A stretch of 64,000 nt of DNA from Acidobacteriota bacterium. GTDB taxonomy: Bacteria; Acidobacteriota; UBA6911. The stretch lies in contig OY761556.1 of assembly GCA_963664705.1 (NCBI GenBank), positions 608,001 through 672,000 of the forward strand, in the 5' to 3' direction. Position numbers and translations under genes: made by a program. Shown piece by piece: positions 59,603-64,000 of the stretch (position 1 is its first letter; each line of letters starts with the position of its first letter). The notes under the pieces are model-generated. The model saw nothing but the letters and a program-made list of their open reading frames with translations, ran no database searches and was not told the DNA's origin.

Positions 59603-60091
59603 CTACACCTGTTCAACAACCAATTGAACAGCCAATGAACAGTGTCCTGCCTGGACCTGGAGCACACGTTGTTCGGAATCCTTGGGCGCATGGGTTGAAT
59701 AGTCGTTCCCACTGATGACCGATGGGATTGAGATTTTGAAAAGCTCTTCTTTCTGGGATGCGAATTTCTTGAGCCCTCCGGCAAGCATATTGACAATCTC
59801 GCCCATGGCATCGGAAACAATTTCATCCAATTCGCTGAAGCTCATGCCCAGCAATCCGGAAGCCAGAAAGCAGGAGTCTTCGGGGCTCATATGGAGAGCC
59901 AGAAAGCCCGACACTTTGCCTCCAAATCCGACGATGGCTGAAACCCCCAGAGGCAACACGTTATCCGTGCACGGCACGATGATAGGCTGCAGGTTAAGCA
60001 TTGTGGAGAAAACTTCGGCCACAGCTTTCTCGAGACTGCTTTCCAGTTCGGGCATTGTTACATTCCCCATGTTAGCGGCAACCGTACTCAT
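59603..60091 (-). CDS. cheX: CheX-family phosphatase
   Basis: VF.TML, A.VGF.G, DAMGEIVNM.AG (ExxN), SIPSVI.G. Confidence 0.88.
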   Translation of the reverse strand: MSTVAANMGNVTMPELESSLEKAVAEVFSTMLNLQPIIVPCTDNVLPLGVSAIVGFGGKVSGFLALHMSPEDSCFLASGLLGMSFSELDEIVSDAMGEIVNMLAGGLKKFASQKEELFKISIPSVISGNDYSTHAPKDSEQRVLQVQAGHCSLAVQLVVEQV

Positions 60092-60164
60092 TCTCACTCC
60101 TTGGTTTTGCCGACTGCAGTTGTTCTTGGTCGGCAGGTTTGTTCAACTGCAACTAGGATATCTT

Positions 60165-61034
60165 TTAGTGGATCGTTGACGGCCTGCTCCTGCTCTGTTT
60201 CATATTTGTGAGTTCACTAAGCCAGATTGAAGTCTGGGCGCATGCGCGTTCAAAATCTTCTACTTTGAGCCCCAACCGCTCTCTTGATCCGGCGTAATCA
60301 ATCGGGAAGTTCATTCCGTCCGCGCCAAGCCCGGCCCCCAGTGACTTGGCCGCAAGATTTGCGAGCATGACCACGTCAATCAGGGGATCGGTGTTTTCAT
60401 TGCCAATACTGTGGTGTTTGCCGATGGCATTCGTAATATCATCCGGGAAGTGCCATTGACGGGCCATTTCAGCTCCGACTTCGGTGTGATCGCAGCCCAG
60501 CAGCTCCCTTTCCGCGTCAACAAAGGTAATCTTCTTTTGCTCGGCCAGCGCAAGGACATGCTCCGTGTCCGTGCTGAGATATCGGACAATCAGGAGTTTC
60601 CCGATATCGTGCAGCAACGCAGCAATCTGAGCGTTTTTCGGAATGGCATGCGTTTTCGATTCAGCTTCCAGGGCGCGGACTGCAAGCGACGCGGCGGCGC
60701 TGTGGAGCCAGAAATCATTTTCAGTCAGGCTGTACATGGGTGCAGCCGGCTTGAGCGATGTCAGATGATCTCCCAGTATGATATTGAGAAGATTGGCCGC
60801 GCCCAGGCGGATGACGGCAGCGCCGATGGTATCGGTGCGAAAGGATCCTCCATAAGCTCCTGAATTGGCGACCTTCAGGATATTCGCTGCCACGGCTCCG
60901 TCATATTCTATGATCGCGGCGATTTCGCGGATGCGCACGTCTTCATCCGACAAAGCCGTCATGAGCTTCTGAACAGTAATGGGCAAAGGATCGAGCCGCT
61001 GAATTCCATCCAAAAGCCGCTCAGGAATTGCCAC
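60165..61034 (-). CDS. HDOD-domain protein
   Basis: L.PLP, ILKVANS..Y, AV.RLG, FW.HS, LLHDIGK, E....G.DH.EVG...A..W.FP..I..AI..HH. Confidence 0.92.
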   Translation of the reverse strand: MAIPERLLDGIQRLDPLPITVQKLMTALSDEDVRIREIAAIIEYDGAVAANILKVANSGAYGGSFRTDTIGAAVIRLGAANLLNIILGDHLTSLKPAAPMYSLTENDFWLHSAAASLAVRALEAESKTHAIPKNAQIAALLHDIGKLLIVRYLSTDTEHVLALAEQKKITFVDAERELLGCDHTEVGAEMARQWHFPDDITNAIGKHHSIGNENTDPLIDVVMLANLAAKSLGAGLGADGMNFPIDYAGSRERLGLKVEDFERACAQTSIWLSELTNMKQSRSRPSTIH

Positions 61035-61061
61035 GATAATGTCCTTTCTTTAAGACTGCAT

Positions 61062-62530
<1,469 letters not shown>

Positions 62531-62559
<29 letters not shown>

Positions 62560-62938
62560 TCAAAGTCACTCCTGTCAGCTGAATGACGGAATTGCGCAGC
62601 ATTTCGGCCGTAAAGGGCTTGTGAACAAAGCCGATGCCCCGCTGCTTCAAGGTATCGATTCGGGTTGAGCTGCTTTCGGTCGAGACCACAATCATGGGGA
62701 GATCCGCTAATTCTGGAATCTGCCTGATGGAGTCGATCATCTCCATGCCGTTCATGACGGGCATGTTGATATCCAGCAGGACCAGGTCGACCCAGTTTTT
62801 TCCGAGTATCTCGAGCGCTTCCTGTCCATTCCCAGCCTGGAGAACGTCATTGAGTTCCAGGCCGCTCATTCGCAGGGTGCGAATCACAATCGAGCGCATA
62901 ACGGAGCTGTCATCCACAACCAGGACATTCAGCGCCAT
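62531..62938 (-). CDS. cheY: CheY-like single-domain response regulator
   Basis: VLVVDDS, DINMPVMNG, VST, KPF. ATG 62938. Confidence 0.88.
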
Positions 62939-63000
62939 GTTTTGCCTCCCATCCGATTTCCTCCGCCCTTGATTGTGCAATGGCTTTGCATTCGTTTCTC

Positions 63001-63489
63001 CTACAGTTTCCGTGTGATGCCGTCTGCTCTTATCGAGACATCGCCCGTCTGAATATCCAGAGTCATGGTCCTGGGGCAGCTGCCTCCCACGTCATGCGCG
63101 TTTATGAGCACGCCGTTTTTCCACAGCAGCTTGCGCAGCATTACGAAATTGCGCTTTCCAATCTGGAAATAGTCGTCCTCATCTGCGCCCCGCGCACATG
63201 CACCCCCCGCAACCTTGACGATGAGACGTTCCTTTTTTCCTCCGAGGCGGTAGCATTGCCGAAACAATTCAGGGACTCCCGTGTCGACGAACATATAGGG
63301 ATTCTCCTGAGCTTTCTTGGCGTCGATGCTGGACTGCGGCAGCATGGCGTGCAACATTCCGCCTACGCAGGTTTCAGGGTCATAGACCGTAATCCCCAGA
63401 CAACTCCCGAGAGCATACGTGATAATCGAATCTCCAGTTTCGGCCGAGAGTTTCAAATCAGCGACTCCGACTACATGTATAGCTTGCAC
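63001..63489 (-). CDS. cheD: Chemoreceptor glutamine deamidase CheD
   Basis: LGSC.G, GG.LH.MLP, KVAGGA, IG.RN, DVGG...RT. Confidence 0.93.
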   Translation of the reverse strand: MQAIHVVGVADLKLSAETGDSIITYALGSCLGITVYDPETCVGGMLHAMLPQSSIDAKKAQENPYMFVDTGVPELFRQCYRLGGKKERLIVKVAGGACARGADEDDYFQIGKRNFVMLRKLLWKNGVLINAHDVGGSCPRTMTLDIQTGDVSIRADGITRKL

Positions 63490-63516
63490 GCAAACCGCTC
63501 CGAATCCGTTAATGCA

Positions 63517-63999
63517 CTATTTCGTATAGACCGCCGGCTCAACATAGCGGAATTCCCGGGAGGTCGAACCGAGACTTTCGGAATGTCCTACAAATAAATA
63601 GCCGCCCGGCTTGATCAGATCATAAAAACGACGAACAAGTTTTTTGCGCGTCTCGCCGTCGAAATAAATCATTACGTTCCTGCAAAAAATAGCGTCGAAA
63701 GGTCCCTGCATGGGCCACGATTCCGTCAGATTCAGATAAGCGAAACGGACGAGGGCGCGTTCCTCATCCCCGATCCGATATACGCGATTGGGTTTCGTCT
63801 GAATGCAGACGGTATGTTTTTTCCACAGCGAAGGATTCGCTTCCTGCAGGGATTCTTCGCTGTAAACTCCTTCGCGCGCGATAGCCAGGACCCGGCGGGA
63901 AATGTCCGTGGCCAGTATCTGACAGTTCTTGCGGCGGGCTTGTGAAAGCTCCTCGCTCAGAAGAATGGCAAGCGAGTAGGGCTCCTCCCCCGTAGAGCA
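63517..63999 (-). CDS. cheR: Chemotaxis methyltransferase CheR, C-terminal part (5'-truncated by the window edge)
   Basis: Continuous frame from 63999: CSTGEEPYSLA, ILATDIS, LNL, FDAIFCRNVMIYFD, GHSES. Confidence 0.95.
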   Translation of the reverse strand, partial: CSTGEEPYSLAILLSEELSQARRKNCQILATDISRRVLAIAREGVYSEESLQEANPSLWKKHTVCIQTKPNRVYRIGDEERALVRFAYLNLTESWPMQGPFDAIFCRNVMIYFDGETRKKLVRRFYDLIKPGGYLFVGHSESLGSTSREFRYVEPAVYTK

Positions 64000-64000
64000 T

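Noticed and set aside
63517-64000. Apparent frameshift or split of cheR (64-aa and 78-aa ORFs in the track)
   Set aside because: Manual translation from 63999 gives one continuous CheR frame. The 78-aa ORF is a different, spurious frame and the split is a window-edge artefact.

Overview
Chromosomal, mostly housekeeping segment of a diderm bacterium (lpxC present). It is probably an anaerobic or facultative Acidobacteriota-like organism; that is an inference from gene content and protein style. In order: the end of a MoxR/vWA-type operon; sugar-nucleotide genes; PBP1B with an orphan DUF6079-like gene; a tungsten/molybdenum island (two MoeA, AOR, TaoR-like regulator, secreted Cys-free tandem molybdopterin-fold protein); sigma54-driven lpxC; trpEGCFBA (no trpD) behind a complete leader-peptide attenuator; a RACo plus UroD/MtaA-family pair; a Tat-exported dienelactone hydrolase with a Ser nucleophile; anSME; tRNA-Leu-tig-clpP-clpX-lon-yihA-rho; a PilZ/pseudo-receiver LuxR/PilX module; lemA-TPM-TPM; murB; dsbD; csp; and the distal half of a chemosensory cluster. 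I found no rRNA, CRISPR array, transposase, integrase or prophage. The best candidates for undescribed biology are the W/Mo island (secreted protein and structured aor leader), the orphan DUF6079-like gene, the putative c-di-GMP module and the unusual tail of the chemosensory cluster. All family assignments come from motif recognition by eye, not database searches.
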